This document shows positions 10,061-19,846 of a stretch of DNA of 64,000 nt, one piece after another. The position numbers and the translations under genes are program-made. Numbering within the stretch: the stretch's first letter is position 1; the number at the start of each line of letters is the position of its first letter. The notes under the pieces are model-generated. The model had not been told where the DNA came from. It made no database searches and saw nothing but the letters and a program-made list of their open reading frames with translations. Origin of the DNA: Pelagomonas calceolata (taxonomy: Eukaryota); the NCBI GenBank assembly GCA_918797485.1, contig CAKKNE010000002.1, positions 5,394,001 to 5,458,000 of the forward strand, given 5' to 3'.

Positions 10061-11452
10061 ATGCGCGCAGCGCTCGCCCTAGCGCTCTGCGCGATCCACG
10101 CTGTCAGCGAGAGAGATGAACACGGGATGCGCCAAGCCCTTCGCCTGGCGCGGATGAGAGCGCCGCGCGAGAGGCGCAGCCCGGGCGCGGGCCGGGCGCA
10201 AGGCCGGACAGGAGGAATGAGGGACTTCTACGGCGGCGCGAACCGCACGCGGCTCTGGCCCCGCACAAAGCACCTCCAACCGCTCCTGCCAACAGTCCCG
10301 ACGGAGCACCTCTGGGCCGGCGGCTGCTGCGGTTTGGGCCATCGCACGTCGCGATTGATGCGCTTGTATGTGTACGCCGTGTCGCGCGGGCGCCATGTCG
10401 TCGCGGACTGGGGCGCTTGTGTGGGTACGCCCGTGGCGAACCTCTTCTCAGCGCTGTTCGGCGACTGGAACGAGCTAAGAGCTGTCAAACCGCGCGAGAA
10501 TCAATTAAGGAACCCGGGCTGCCCCTCGGGTGTTTGTCCCACTGGAAACGCGTTCAAGGAGGCCGCCAAGGCGAGAAGGTCGTTCTTCCCGAACGAGCCG
10601 CCCGAAGACTGGCAGCCGCCCGGCACGCGCGTCGAGAGCAAGCACCCCTCGAAAACGCTGTGGCAGGGCGAGTGGGGCCTCTTCAACCTCCATTCTGATA
10701 TATTTAAGTACGCGGAGCATTTTGCTGCATCTATGGTGAAGGCGCTGCGGCCGGAGATCAAGGAACGACTGGATGAATTTATACAAAAAGAGTTCAGTCC
10801 GCGGGGTAGAAGAAGAACGCGCATCATCGGCGTGCATTTTCGCTTCGGGAACGGCGAGAAATTTGGTAGAAGACCGGCCAATTCGACACATGTGGTGCTG
10901 AGGACGGCGGCGGCCGTCGAAAGGGTGGCCGCAGCATTGGGCTACGAGAACGTGCGAGTGCTCGTCGCGACGGACGACGCGAGCGCGCTCGATACGCTAA
11001 GAAAGCATACGAAGCTCGACGTCTTCGCGCGGCCGCAGTGGCGGCCACCGCCCGGCGCCGGCATCGTCTTTTCGAGTTGGCGCACGAAGGACCATTTGGA
11101 TGACAAGATCAAGGAGGCGACGGAGGCCGCGCATAGGTCTGTGGTCAAAGACGCCAATACCTGTGTGGGCGCGGCCGCCGACATGCTCATCGACTCGCTG
11201 CTGCTGGGCTACGCCGACGCGCTGGTCTTGCCCGTGCCCTCGACGTTCACGATCCTCCCGAAGGTCATGGCGCACTCGCGCGGCGCGCCGTCCTGCATGT
11301 TTATTGGAGAGACGTGGCGGGACCTGAACATCAAGAAGCGGGATCTGGAGCTGACGTGCGTCCGCCGCGACCGCGCGGGCCGCGCGTCAACCTCCCGTTT
11401 GACGGTGCCGCCGCAGGGCCGGGCGGACTGGCTCGGCGCGCGCTTCTGGTGA
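10061..11452 (+). CDS. Fucosyltransferase-like protein (GT23/NodZ/O-FucT-type GDP-fucose-binding motifs)
   Basis: Signal peptide; GLGHR, IIGVHFRFGNGE (HxR), VLVATDD, DMLIDSLLLGYADALV..STF. Confidence 0.7.
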   Translation: MRAALALALCAIHAVSERDEHGMRQALRLARMRAPRERRSPGAGRAQGRTGGMRDFYGGANRTRLWPRTKHLQPLLPTVPTEHLWAGGCCGLGHRTSRLMRLYVYAVSRGRHVVADWGACVGTPVANLFSALFGDWNELRAVKPRENQLRNPGCPSGVCPTGNAFKEAAKARRSFFPNEPPEDWQPPGTRVESKHPSKTLWQGEWGLFNLHSDIFKYAEHFAASMVKALRPEIKERLDEFIQKEFSPRGRRRTRIIGVHFRFGNGEKFGRRPANSTHVVLRTAAAVERVAAALGYENVRVLVATDDASALDTLRKHTKLDVFARPQWRPPPGAGIVFSSWRTKDHLDDKIKEATEAAHRSVVKDANTCVGAAADMLIDSLLLGYADALVLPVPSTFTILPKVMAHSRGAPSCMFIGETWRDLNIKKRDLELTCVRRDRAGRASTSRLTVPPQGRADWLGARFW

Positions 11453-11646
11453 GCCGTGCGACCTTGTGTTGTGATCCCTCCCCCCTAGTCCCCTCTCCCC
11501 CGTCTGGCGTAACCGGATTGTGTCGCATACGTCGCGTCGATGGCGTATCCGCACGAGGCGTCCGGGTGGCACCGTTTCTCGCGGCCATGGCCATGTAACC
11601 ATGAATAGATTGTATATATACACTGACATATTTCTATGGCATATTC

Positions 11647-13221
11647 TTAATCTCCCCGCTCCTCATCCGGCGTCTCGGCCGAAAAGCGGCGGACAGGGAC
11701 GCTGCGGCGTCGCGGGTGTAGCGGAGCCTCCCTTAGGCCTGCTCCGTTGTGGCCGTCTAGCGCGCCGCGCCGCTTTTTGGCCGGAGCCGGTGCGGCGCGC
11801 GCCAACTCCCTCCATTCCCGCTCGGCCTTGCGCATTCTGTGCCGTTTCGATTGTTCTGGCCGTTCTGACGCTTTGAAACGGCCAGGCGCCGCTCGCTTAC
11901 GACGGAGCAAGCTCCCCCTTATTTGAGGGCCCTTGGGCTGATGGGGGCTGATCCACGCGCGTGGCTTCGGGACCGGCGCGCCGTTGACAACTGGATTAGT
12001 CTTGTGAGTCGACTCAAGTCCATAGCGGTGAATAGCCGCGTTGTAGGCAAGTGCAGCCTCCTCATCGGTTCTGAAGTAACCAATGACTACGGTCGCTTTG
12101 CCCGGGTGATACTCCATACTTGTGAAAATAGTGAATCTGGCCGTCCAGCGTGGCGGTTCGGCGTTCCATGAAACACCCACGTACTGTGAGCTGGCACGAG
12201 GGATCAAGGAGGGCGATCTAGTTGGAGGTACGACTTCGGAGCCATCGAAGTTCGGTTCCTCGGGAGGCAGGGGTATCAATACGCCGTTTAGCTCCCTGTT
12301 CAGCTTGATACCCTTTCTGTCGCGGCAGCACCGAGCGGCACCGCTGCGCCTGGCCTCCTCGCGCGGGATCGGCACGCCATCATATAGCGGATTTAGTTCA
12401 CGCGTCGATGACAATCCCTCCCGACGGATAGTCGCATTATACGCTTCAGCTGCCTTTACCGCATCGTCGAAGTCGCCTATGTGCTGCGAATCGCCGTTCG
12501 CGTCTTCGTACTCTGCCTTGTACTTTTTGGAATCCCTATCCCACACAACGCCAATATATGGGTTCGTCCCACCTCTTCTTAAGTTACGTAAGTGACCACG
12601 AAAGGTATAAGAAAAGGATGTCCCCAGTCCCGCGGCGCGGACCGCCGCGTCGTGCGCGCGTGCGGCCTCGATATCATCGCTATAATAGCCGACGATAACG
12701 CGCTCGCCAGTTTTCGGATTTTTGTATCGAGCCATCCACTTGTGTTGTCCGGAATCCCACTGGATGCCATGGTACCTCGGGGCTTGCCATTCCACGTATA
12801 CGACCGTCTCCTCGCCGTCGCTCTCAGGAGAGTTCTCATCGCTGTCAGGCGCTGGCGTGACGGGGTCGCGACGGCGGCGGCAGTGCTTCGCAGTGACTTC
12901 CGCGTGGTCACCGTCGTCGTACGCGATCTCATACGCGCGGCCACCGTGTATCACCGCGTCGACGACGCCCGGGAACCAGCGATGCCCCCACAGCCCGAGG
13001 ACGGCGTCACCGACGGAAAACTCCGCGGTGGGCGGTGCGCAAATCGCGACCCGCGACTCCCGGCGACAGGTAGGACACGTTAGCTTCGTGCCCCGTCGCG
13101 TCGGCGTCGATCCGAGTGCGTGAGCAAGCTGCCCTAGGCAGTGGGCATGACAGCGGTGCCCGCAACCCAGCGCGGGCGACGATTCGTCGAGGTCATCGAG
13201 GCATATCGGGCATTCATCCAT
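11647..13221 (-). CDS. RING + Tudor + 3x AP2-like DNA-binding domain protein
   Basis: CPIC..CGHRCHAHC..CPTCR RING; FSVGDAVLGLW..WFPGVV..YEIAYDDGD Tudor; three YxGVxW..W.A....G.F....AA.AY[ND] AP2-like repeats. Confidence 0.8.
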   Translation of the reverse strand: MDECPICLDDLDESSPALGCGHRCHAHCLGQLAHALGSTPTRRGTKLTCPTCRRESRVAICAPPTAEFSVGDAVLGLWGHRWFPGVVDAVIHGGRAYEIAYDDGDHAEVTAKHCRRRRDPVTPAPDSDENSPESDGEETVVYVEWQAPRYHGIQWDSGQHKWMARYKNPKTGERVIVGYYSDDIEAARAHDAAVRAAGLGTSFSYTFRGHLRNLRRGGTNPYIGVVWDRDSKKYKAEYEDANGDSQHIGDFDDAVKAAEAYNATIRREGLSSTRELNPLYDGVPIPREEARRSGAARCCRDRKGIKLNRELNGVLIPLPPEEPNFDGSEVVPPTRSPSLIPRASSQYVGVSWNAEPPRWTARFTIFTSMEYHPGKATVVIGYFRTDEEAALAYNAAIHRYGLESTHKTNPVVNGAPVPKPRAWISPHQPKGPQIRGSLLRRKRAAPGRFKASERPEQSKRHRMRKAEREWRELARAAPAPAKKRRGALDGHNGAGLREAPLHPRRRSVPVRRFSAETPDEERGD

Positions 13222-13461
13222 GGCCGTGAGGCTGGCCGGGCTGCCTCCACGGCGCACGAGGGCCAAAGAGAAGGCCAAAGAGCTAGTGGTGTCGACACAC
13301 TAGAGGTGCAAAGCAGCAAGCGCAACAAAGGCAAAAAGCAGCACCGCTGGGGGCTTGGGCGCGTAACTGAGGTCATCCGTTAACACATTGTGACCGTCCC
13401 GCCGAATACTGGGCAAGCGGGACCGCGCTGCGCCATCTGCCGACCGGACGCGCCGCACCTC

Positions 13462-13758
13462 ATGTCCGCCGCCGCCGCCGTCCGCGTTGCCCTACGGCGC
13501 GCGCCGCGCGCCGCGCCGCCGCGACGAAAAATGGGCGGCCTCACGAACGTGAAGAAGAATGGCCCCGTCGAAGAATGGAACGGCCGCCGCGAGATCACCG
13601 AGAAGACGTTCGACGTCGGCCGGCCGCGGACCGTCGCGACGCTCCTCGCGACCATCGTCGCCTTCCCGTTCGTCGTGCACCACGTCGTCAAGTCGGAGCT
13701 CGACACCTCGAAGAACAACTGCATCAACCCGAAGACCAAGGCCATCGGGACCGCGTAG
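13462..13758 (+). CDS. Small mitochondrial membrane protein resembling plant-type complex I B15 (NDUFB4) subunit
   Basis: Arg/Ala presequence, then MGG..KN..VEEW...RE..E..F plus one TM helix, matching my recollection of plant B15. Confidence 0.6.
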   Translation: MSAAAAVRVALRRAPRAAPPRRKMGGLTNVKKNGPVEEWNGRREITEKTFDVGRPRTVATLLATIVAFPFVVHHVVKSELDTSKNNCINPKTKAIGTA

Positions 13759-13886
13759 AACTGTAATTAATCTATCTTATTCTCTCCTTCGATGGAACCC
13801 CGCCCACTAGTCCTATGAGTAGCACCAGTAAACAACAACTTCCGCTAACACATCCAGGGCCGTCCTCGTGGTCAACCGAGTAGAAA

Positions 13887-15127
13887 TCAGCAGAGCCCCC
13901 GCGCCTCGAGCATCTCCAGGACGCGGAACGCCGCGTCGGGGTCCTCGGGCGCGGCCGGCGGCGGCGGCGGCGCCTGCGCCCGGGAAGCGTCAACGACGCG
14001 GTACGACGGGAGGGACGCGGCATACAAACAGGGGCGGCCGGCGGCGGCGGGCGGATCGGGGCGAGGACCGGCGGCGGCGGCGGCGGCGCGAAGGCGTTGC
14101 GCCGCGCGAGCGCGCCGCCCAGCAGGTCTGCGAGCGAGGCCCCCGCCGCGGGCGGCGGCGGCGGCGGCGGCGCGACGGGCGGCGCGACGGGCGGCGCCGG
14201 CACGTAGCCGTACAGGGGCGCGGGGGCGCCCCCGCCGTAGAACGGCGCGGGCGGGCCCCGGGGCGATCCTCGCTGCCCGCCGCCGCGGCCGCGCCGGCGG
14301 CGGCGGCCACCGCCGCGCGGCGGCATCTGCTGCATCGGCATCGGCATCATCGGCATCGGCATCATTCCGGGTGGGCCGAAGCCGTGCGGCGGCATCATCG
14401 GCATCGGCATGGGCATCGGCGCCGGGGCGGGCGGCGACGGCGCGCGGCGCCGCTTCCGCGGCAGGCGCGCGGCGGCCGGCGGCGCGACGGCGACGGCGCC
14501 CTCCTCCGAGAAGCCCGACTGCCGAGAAGCCGCGAGGTCCGCGCGCGCCGAGTCCCCGGGAGCCTCGTCGTCGGACGAGAACTCCGCGCCGGCGAACTCG
14601 TCTCCACCAGCAAAGTCGTCGACCACAACAGCGGCGCCGCGCAGCCCGCGCCGCCGCCGCCGTATCATGCCGACGTCGAACGGCGCGCGGACCTCGCGGA
14701 CGTGCGCCACGCAGCGGAACGCGTTCGTGGAAACGGGCGCCGCCGACGCCGGGCGGCAGCCTCTACAAAAACCCCGCGGGCAGCGCACGCAGCGCACGGC
14801 GTCGCCGTCCCGGTCGTCGAGCACGCGCCCGCACGCGCCGCACGCGTGCGCGCCGCACGTCCAGTCTTCATTACTTGGTTTGCATTTTGTGCAGAGGACG
14901 CGCGCGCAGCCCGGCGCGGCGCACTTTATGGTCTCCTCGACGGGCTGGTAGACCTGGCAGGACGCGCATCTAGCTGCATTGACGGCGCACGGGGCGCACG
15001 TCCATCTTATTTGATCGGCGGCCGCGCCGACGCAGGCCGCGTGGAAGTCATTATGGCACCTTGTACAGCGGACGCTTGCCTCGCCGACGCAGGAGACCTC
15101 GCACTCGGGGCAGATGCCGGCGACCAT
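13887..15127 (-). CDS. Multi-PHD-finger, Pro-rich protein (predicted exons 15127-14030, 13973-13887)
   Basis: Tandem C4HC3-like clusters; a 56-nt GT-AG intron (13974-14029) restores a normal C-terminus APPPPPAAPEDPDAAFRVLEMLEARGLC*. Confidence 0.65.
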
Positions 15128-15333
15128 GACGCGGCGATTTGCGCGCGGCGGCGACGCGCTACGGCTGTCTGCCCCCTGTTAGAGGGTGCTTGCAAATTCC
15201 TGCGGCTGGCGTCTGCGAGCGCAAGGAATGGCCTCTGTAGACAAGTTGTGGCGTTGCGCTTCGTCTGCGCTCGCTCACGCGAGCGATCTGGCTTGACGCG
15301 CGGCGCGGCGCGGAGATGCCCCGGCTGGGATGC

Positions 15334-15356
15334 CTAGTGTCTTACTGGACGCTAGC
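15334..15356 (-). promoter_or_regulatory. CTAG-box motif
   Basis: rc GCTAGCGTCCAGTAAGACACTAG, ~205 bp upstream of PHD gene. Confidence 0.7.
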
Positions 15357-15505
15357 GGATTTCCTGAAGGCGGGAGCCCTTGAAGCCGTCGGAGGCGAAA
15401 TAGACCCGTGTTGAATGATAAGAACCCGTGCGGTTTTTCTTATTAAAGATTAGACACTACACAGCCCCGGGCTGCCGCCGCGCGCGCGGGCCGACTCACA
15501 ATGAG

Positions 15506-16630
15506 TCACATAACGACGCCGCCGCGCGCAAACCCCTCGCGCGCCGCGGCACGCGTGCGCGGGCCGGCCGGGTGCGCGACGGGCGTCGGCCGTGGGACCC
15601 CGCTCGGCCACGCGCGCGCGTCGAGGTCGAGCATCCAGGCGTAGGGCGTCGGCCGCAGCGCCGCCGCGATGGCGGCGGCCGCGGCGGGCCCGACGCGGCC
15701 GGCGAGGTCCGCGTGCCGCCGCGACGCCGCGCGGTGGCTGTGGCGCGCCTCGCAGGGCGGCGGCGGCGCGGAAGGCGCGGCCGCGGCCCACGCGCGGGCC
15801 ACGGCGCCGCAGGGGTGGGCGATGACGTCCTCGTCAAAGTCGAGCTCGAGGACGGTCATCCCGTTTGCACGCATGGCGTCCACGCCCGCTTTAAGTGTTG
15901 CCGCCTCCCACTCGATCGTGCGGAGCGGGTCCGCGAAGAAGGCCGCCGCCCGCCGCGCGACGCGCGGCCGTGCCCTTCCCGCGAACTCGTCGTCCGTCGC
16001 CGCGCGCCACTCGCGCACGCCTGTGTGGAAATCAAATTTCGGGCGCCCCAATAGGTTCACGAAGGTCCACGATAGCCTAACTCACTGGTGATTTCCACAC
16101 AGGCGCACGCGGTTCTCGAAGCTGGACACGAGGCGCGCGAGGTGGTTCTGGCGCTCAATAACTATAACTGTGTTGAAGCCCGCCGCCGCCAGCGCGTCCG
16201 CGAGCGCGGCCGGAGTGGAGAGGCTCGCGAGCGGCCCGCCGAGGTGCTGCGGCTTGATGTGCGTCAGCGCCGCCTTGCTCCTCCGTTTGGCTTTGCCGAC
16301 GCACGCGCGCAGCGCGGCCGCCGAGAGGCCGCCGAGCGCGAAGCCCTCCTTGCGGCCGCGGCAATAACTGAAGTTGCCGGCGGCTTTCAACGAGTCCGCG
16401 AACGTGCCCGTCGCGCATCGTCCCAAAGCCCAGAGCGCCACGGAGCCCGTGTTGCCATTCCTACGGCTCGCCTGCTCCGTGGCGAGGGCCGCGGCGAGGT
16501 CGCCGTAGCCCGGGCGCATGCGGGCCTTCTCGGCGCGCCGGGCGAGCTCGGCGTCGTCGAGCCCGCGGAACGTCTGCGCCACGGCCGGCGCGAGGGCGCA
16601 CCAGCACGCGACGAGCCTTGCTGTTCGCAT
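15506..16630 (-). CDS. Secretory sulfotransferase-like protein (Stf0-like), two exons
   Basis: Signal peptide MRTARLVACWCALAPAVA; LGRCATGT (5'-PSB-like) and VIVIERQNHLARLVS (3'-PB-like); removing 16021-16110 joins the two ORFs in frame (FENRVREW). Confidence 0.6.
16021..16102. mobile_element. Introner element (young copy) forming a 90-nt GC-AG intron
   Basis: Perfect 14-bp TIR CTGTGTGGAAATCA/TGATTTCCACACAG; perfect 8-bp TSD GCGCACGC at 16013-16020 and 16103-16110. Confidence 0.92.
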
Positions 16631-16806
16631 GCGGCAGCTTTTTGCACGGCTGGTGGCACCTGATGATGGCAGCAAGCCACACGAGTGCTCCAGGCGAGCG
16701 TTGACGTCGTCAGCCTTAAACGCGGCTCTGACGCCTCTATTTGCCGAGCGCTGCCGTGCAGTAAATCGCCGGCACGCGTCTAGCATTATATTTTGTGAAA
16801 ACCTCA

Positions 16807-16830
16807 GCTAGCGGCAAGTAAGACACTAGC
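16807..16830 (+). promoter_or_regulatory. CTAG-box motif
   Basis: GCTAGCGGCAAGTAAGACACTAGC, ~180 bp upstream of sulfotransferase-like ATG. Confidence 0.7.
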
Positions 16831-17008
16831 AAGCAAACTCGGAACGCGCATGCCGTCGTTCGAGTATCCTTCAGTTCGCTAATAGTCCAAAGAGATCAAT
16901 GGGACACGTATTGGCGCTCGAAAAAGGAAATTTTTTAATTCGCGGTGCGGAGGCGACGAGGCCACATGCCAGCCACGCCGGTTTAATCCTGTCAATCCCT
17001 GCCAAACA

Positions 17009-17233
17009 GGTCTCCCTGGGGTCGCCTAGGGTCGGTATTATACACGTGCAAGCGCCTACGCCGCATACGCCACCGCTTCAAGCATTTTTGGCCGATTTCT
17101 CTCAGCCAGACATCGGGCCAGAGCACAAGTCCCCAAGGTTTGCTTCCAGAGCTCTCCGAGAGCACTAGGCCGCCGCATCGATGGCGTATGCGGTACAGGC
17201 GACTACCCACTACCAGACCTACCCCGAGAGACC
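17009..17233. repeat. Long imperfect inverted repeat in ORF-poor region
   Basis: CCGCATACGCCA (17061-17072) pairs with TGGCGTATGCGG (17182-17193); imperfect pairing extends to GGTCTC 17009 / GAGACC 17233. Confidence 0.65.
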
Positions 17234-17463
17234 GCCAGGAGCCGATCTACATCCGAAAAAAGTGTGCAAGTTGGACCCGATGGCGCCCCGTTCCCGTCAA
17301 AAACGTCAATTACCCGAGGCCCCCCAGTAGTCGCCGTAGCGGTCTCGTCGGACCCCATACTACCCCAGCGATAGTCAATTACAAATATATGACATCTACA
17401 CCGCGAGAAGGGTACTTTTGGCTGCCCACGCTCGGGACGTGAACATCTTGATCTGGAGCTCGC

Positions 17464-17927
17464 GCAAGTCGGTCGGTCATGAAACAAATGATCGCTTCAT
17501 GGTCCATGGTGAAGGTACACGGGCTGATAGTGGCAGGTTCATGTATTAAGTCCAAATTGGCGAGATAATGGAGTCCCGCGGTGGACGAGCCGCCGGGAGC
17601 TTCCGGAACGAAATATGTAATGTAGTACACGCTCAGGCCAGTTAGCTGGCCCGTCCCATAACCGAAGCGCCTGAAACGAAATTTTATTTTATAACTTACC
17701 GATCTGGGGCCTTTCTGGTGCTCCGTCTCCGCACCGTCGTCCGCGGAGAACGGGCAAGTCGGTCGATTGTGAATAGAACAACGGCGTTATGGTCCATCTG
17801 GGTAGTGACGTCGCTGATACTCGCAGATCTGGAGTCTGTGCCAGAATAGGGGAAACGTGGGGTCGCGAAGACGACGAATCGCGAGGCTCTAACGGAGCAT
17901 CTTAAATAGATGAGTGCGCGTTCAGGC
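17464..17927. repeat. Diverged direct repeat, ~175-bp units 290 bp apart
   Basis: GCAAGTCGGTCG (17464/17754), ATGGTCCAT (17499/17789) and GCTGATA (17523/17813) all recur at offset 290. Confidence 0.75.
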
Positions 17928-18420
17928 GGCCTAAATGGAATCTACCACTAACAAACGGATAAAAACGAACATAAACTCGGGAGTTGTCTAGTAGAATTCT
18001 TTTCCCGCCCTCCGAGCGCGCGCAGTCGGCTCCGGTTCCGTCTATCATGTATGAAAACTGGGCTGGAGTTGATATGATGTACCATTTAGACGGTAGATGG
18101 CGGCGTCAATCGCTGGTCTACTTTGGAAACTCGTAAGACTCATCCGCGAATGTCGCGGGCGGTGCCTTCCGGGAGGCGCGAGGGTATGTTCCCGGGCCGC
18201 TACTCTGAAGTATTTGGGCGCGGCGAACGACAAGGATATATTCTGAATTTGGGTCATTCTTTTGACGCTATCGCAGCGTATCTTTGAATTTGCTAGTATG
18301 TCGATATACGCTAGCTCGGTTTGGCTCTTCTTTGTATAACGTGGGGGCCCGGAGCAGAATAATCTCGCACCTTGGTACATGAGATATCTTAGGTCTATCA
18401 CAAGGAAACACACCACAACT

Positions 18421-19575
18421 TCAGCGCCCTGGCCGCCGGTACACCGGCGAGCGGCCGCGCAATGGCGACGGACTGCGGCGGCGTGGCGGCGGCGATCGCG
18501 CGGAGCGATACTCGCGGCTCCGGTCGCGGCTCGGGGGCCGGAAGCGGCGCGGCGACCGCGAGCGGGGCGGCGGCGGGCGCCGGCGGTCGTCGTCGTCGCG
18601 GCGCCACGGGCGGCGCCGGTCCGGCGAGGGGCTCCGCCGCCGCGCGGGCGACGCGCGGCGGCGGAAGTGGACGAAAGCGCAGGCGTCGCCGGCGCGGCAG
18701 CCGCCGGGCGCGTTGTAAAAGCGGCACGGAATGCCATTGTCCCCGCGGTGACCGACGCGCCGTGGGGGCGAGCGCGAGCGCGAGGCGTCGTCGTCGTCGC
18801 CCGGCGACCGGCGGCGGCGCGTGCCCCACGTGGCGGCCGCGACCGGCCGCGGCGCCGCGGCGGCCGGCGCGTCGAGCGCGGCGAGCACGGCGGGCGACGT
18901 GACCGCCGCGAGCGCGGCGAGCTGCCGCGGGCCGGCGACGCCGCCGACCGCGGCGGCGCGCTCCCGCGGCACGAGCGGCGCAACCACTCGTGCCGTCGCG
19001 CGGACGGCGGCGCCGCGCGCGACGCTCTGCTCGGTGGCGTCGGACCGGCGCGGGTCGGCGCGCCGCACCGCGAGGCGCGCCGCGCCGAGCCGCGCGCCGT
19101 CCAATTGTCGCGCGGCCGCGGCATCTTCAGCCTTCTCATACTCGACGAAGGCGATGTTGCCGTTCTGCGCCAACCTCAAATCGCGGATGGTACCGATGCA
19201 GCCGAAGACGGCGCGCAGCTGCTCGACCCTGACATCGGACGGCAGGTTGCCCACCCAGAGCGTCTTGTTGAAATCGCCGTGGCCCGCGGCGATGGCGACC
19301 GGTGCAGGCCCGCCCGCCAGCGCGGCCGGCGTCTCGCGCCGCAGCCTTGCAATAATTCCGACGAGAAAGCCCGTCTTGTTGCCCACATCTGTCAAATCGG
19401 CGGCGAGGAAGCGCTTGACACAAATCAACGCGGCGGCCTCGGGCAGCGCGGCGAGCGCGCCTATTACTGAAGGATCGAGGTCCGCCGGGCCCAGCGCGCC
19501 GGCCTCCACCGATGCCCGCATGGCCTGCTGGACAGCTTCTGGCAGCCTGCCGAGGTGGCCGGGCAAGGGCGTCAT
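18421..19575 (-). CDS. RNA-binding protein: hnRNP-Q acidic-domain-like + RRM + CCCH zinc finger + RS-rich tail
   Basis: ADLTDVGNKTGFLVGII; TLWVGNLP (RNP2), IAFVEY (RNP1); CRFY..GCRAGDACAFVH; RSRSP repeats. Confidence 0.85.
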   Translation of the reverse strand: MTPLPGHLGRLPEAVQQAMRASVEAGALGPADLDPSVIGALAALPEAAALICVKRFLAADLTDVGNKTGFLVGIIARLRRETPAALAGGPAPVAIAAGHGDFNKTLWVGNLPSDVRVEQLRAVFGCIGTIRDLRLAQNGNIAFVEYEKAEDAAAARQLDGARLGAARLAVRRADPRRSDATEQSVARGAAVRATARVVAPLVPRERAAAVGGVAGPRQLAALAAVTSPAVLAALDAPAAAAPRPVAAATWGTRRRRSPGDDDDASRSRSPPRRVGHRGDNGIPCRFYNAPGGCRAGDACAFVHFRRRASPARRRSPSPDRRRPWRRDDDDRRRPPPPRSRSPRRFRPPSRDRSREYRSARSPPPRRRSPSPLRGRSPVYRRPGR

Positions 19576-19684
19576 GCGAGCGCCGCACTGGTGATCTCTC
19601 GTGGTCGCTGCAGCCTGTGCGTCGTATATATATGATGCGCTTTGCTCGCTTTTAGGCTGTGCAACGGATTAACTCAAAATCGTT

Positions 19685-19707
19685 GCTAGCGACCAGTAAG
19701 ACACTAG
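19685..19707 (+). promoter_or_regulatory. CTAG-box motif
   Basis: GCTAGCGACCAGTAAGACACTAG between divergent ATGs 19575 and 19847. Confidence 0.7.
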
Positions 19708-19846
19708 AAATCGACGTCGACGTCCACGCGACTCTCCAGGCCTGGCTCATCGTGATAAGGCATCGCTCGGGCACAGAACGAGTTGTGAGAACTCGCAGCA
19801 GCCTCGTGCAGGGACACACCCACACAAGGCATCCCTACGACAAAAT

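Noticed and set aside
13868..15337. Long Arg/Ala/Gly-rich antisense and alternative-frame ORFs (also 18045-19470, 30841-31756, 38511-39854, 54213-55288)
   Set aside because: Shadow ORFs expected at this GC content; they overlap genes with clear motifs
17121..17140. AAGTCCCC resembling the RNase MRP P4 5' strand
   Set aside because: No matching downstream GGGGCTYA strand at a suitable distance
17691..17720. ATAACTTACC resembling the U1 snRNA 5' end
   Set aside because: No U1-70K loop, ATTGCAC loop or Sm site follows
16831..18420. Telomerase RNA candidate
   Set aside because: No CCCTAA/TTAGGG-type template seen in the region
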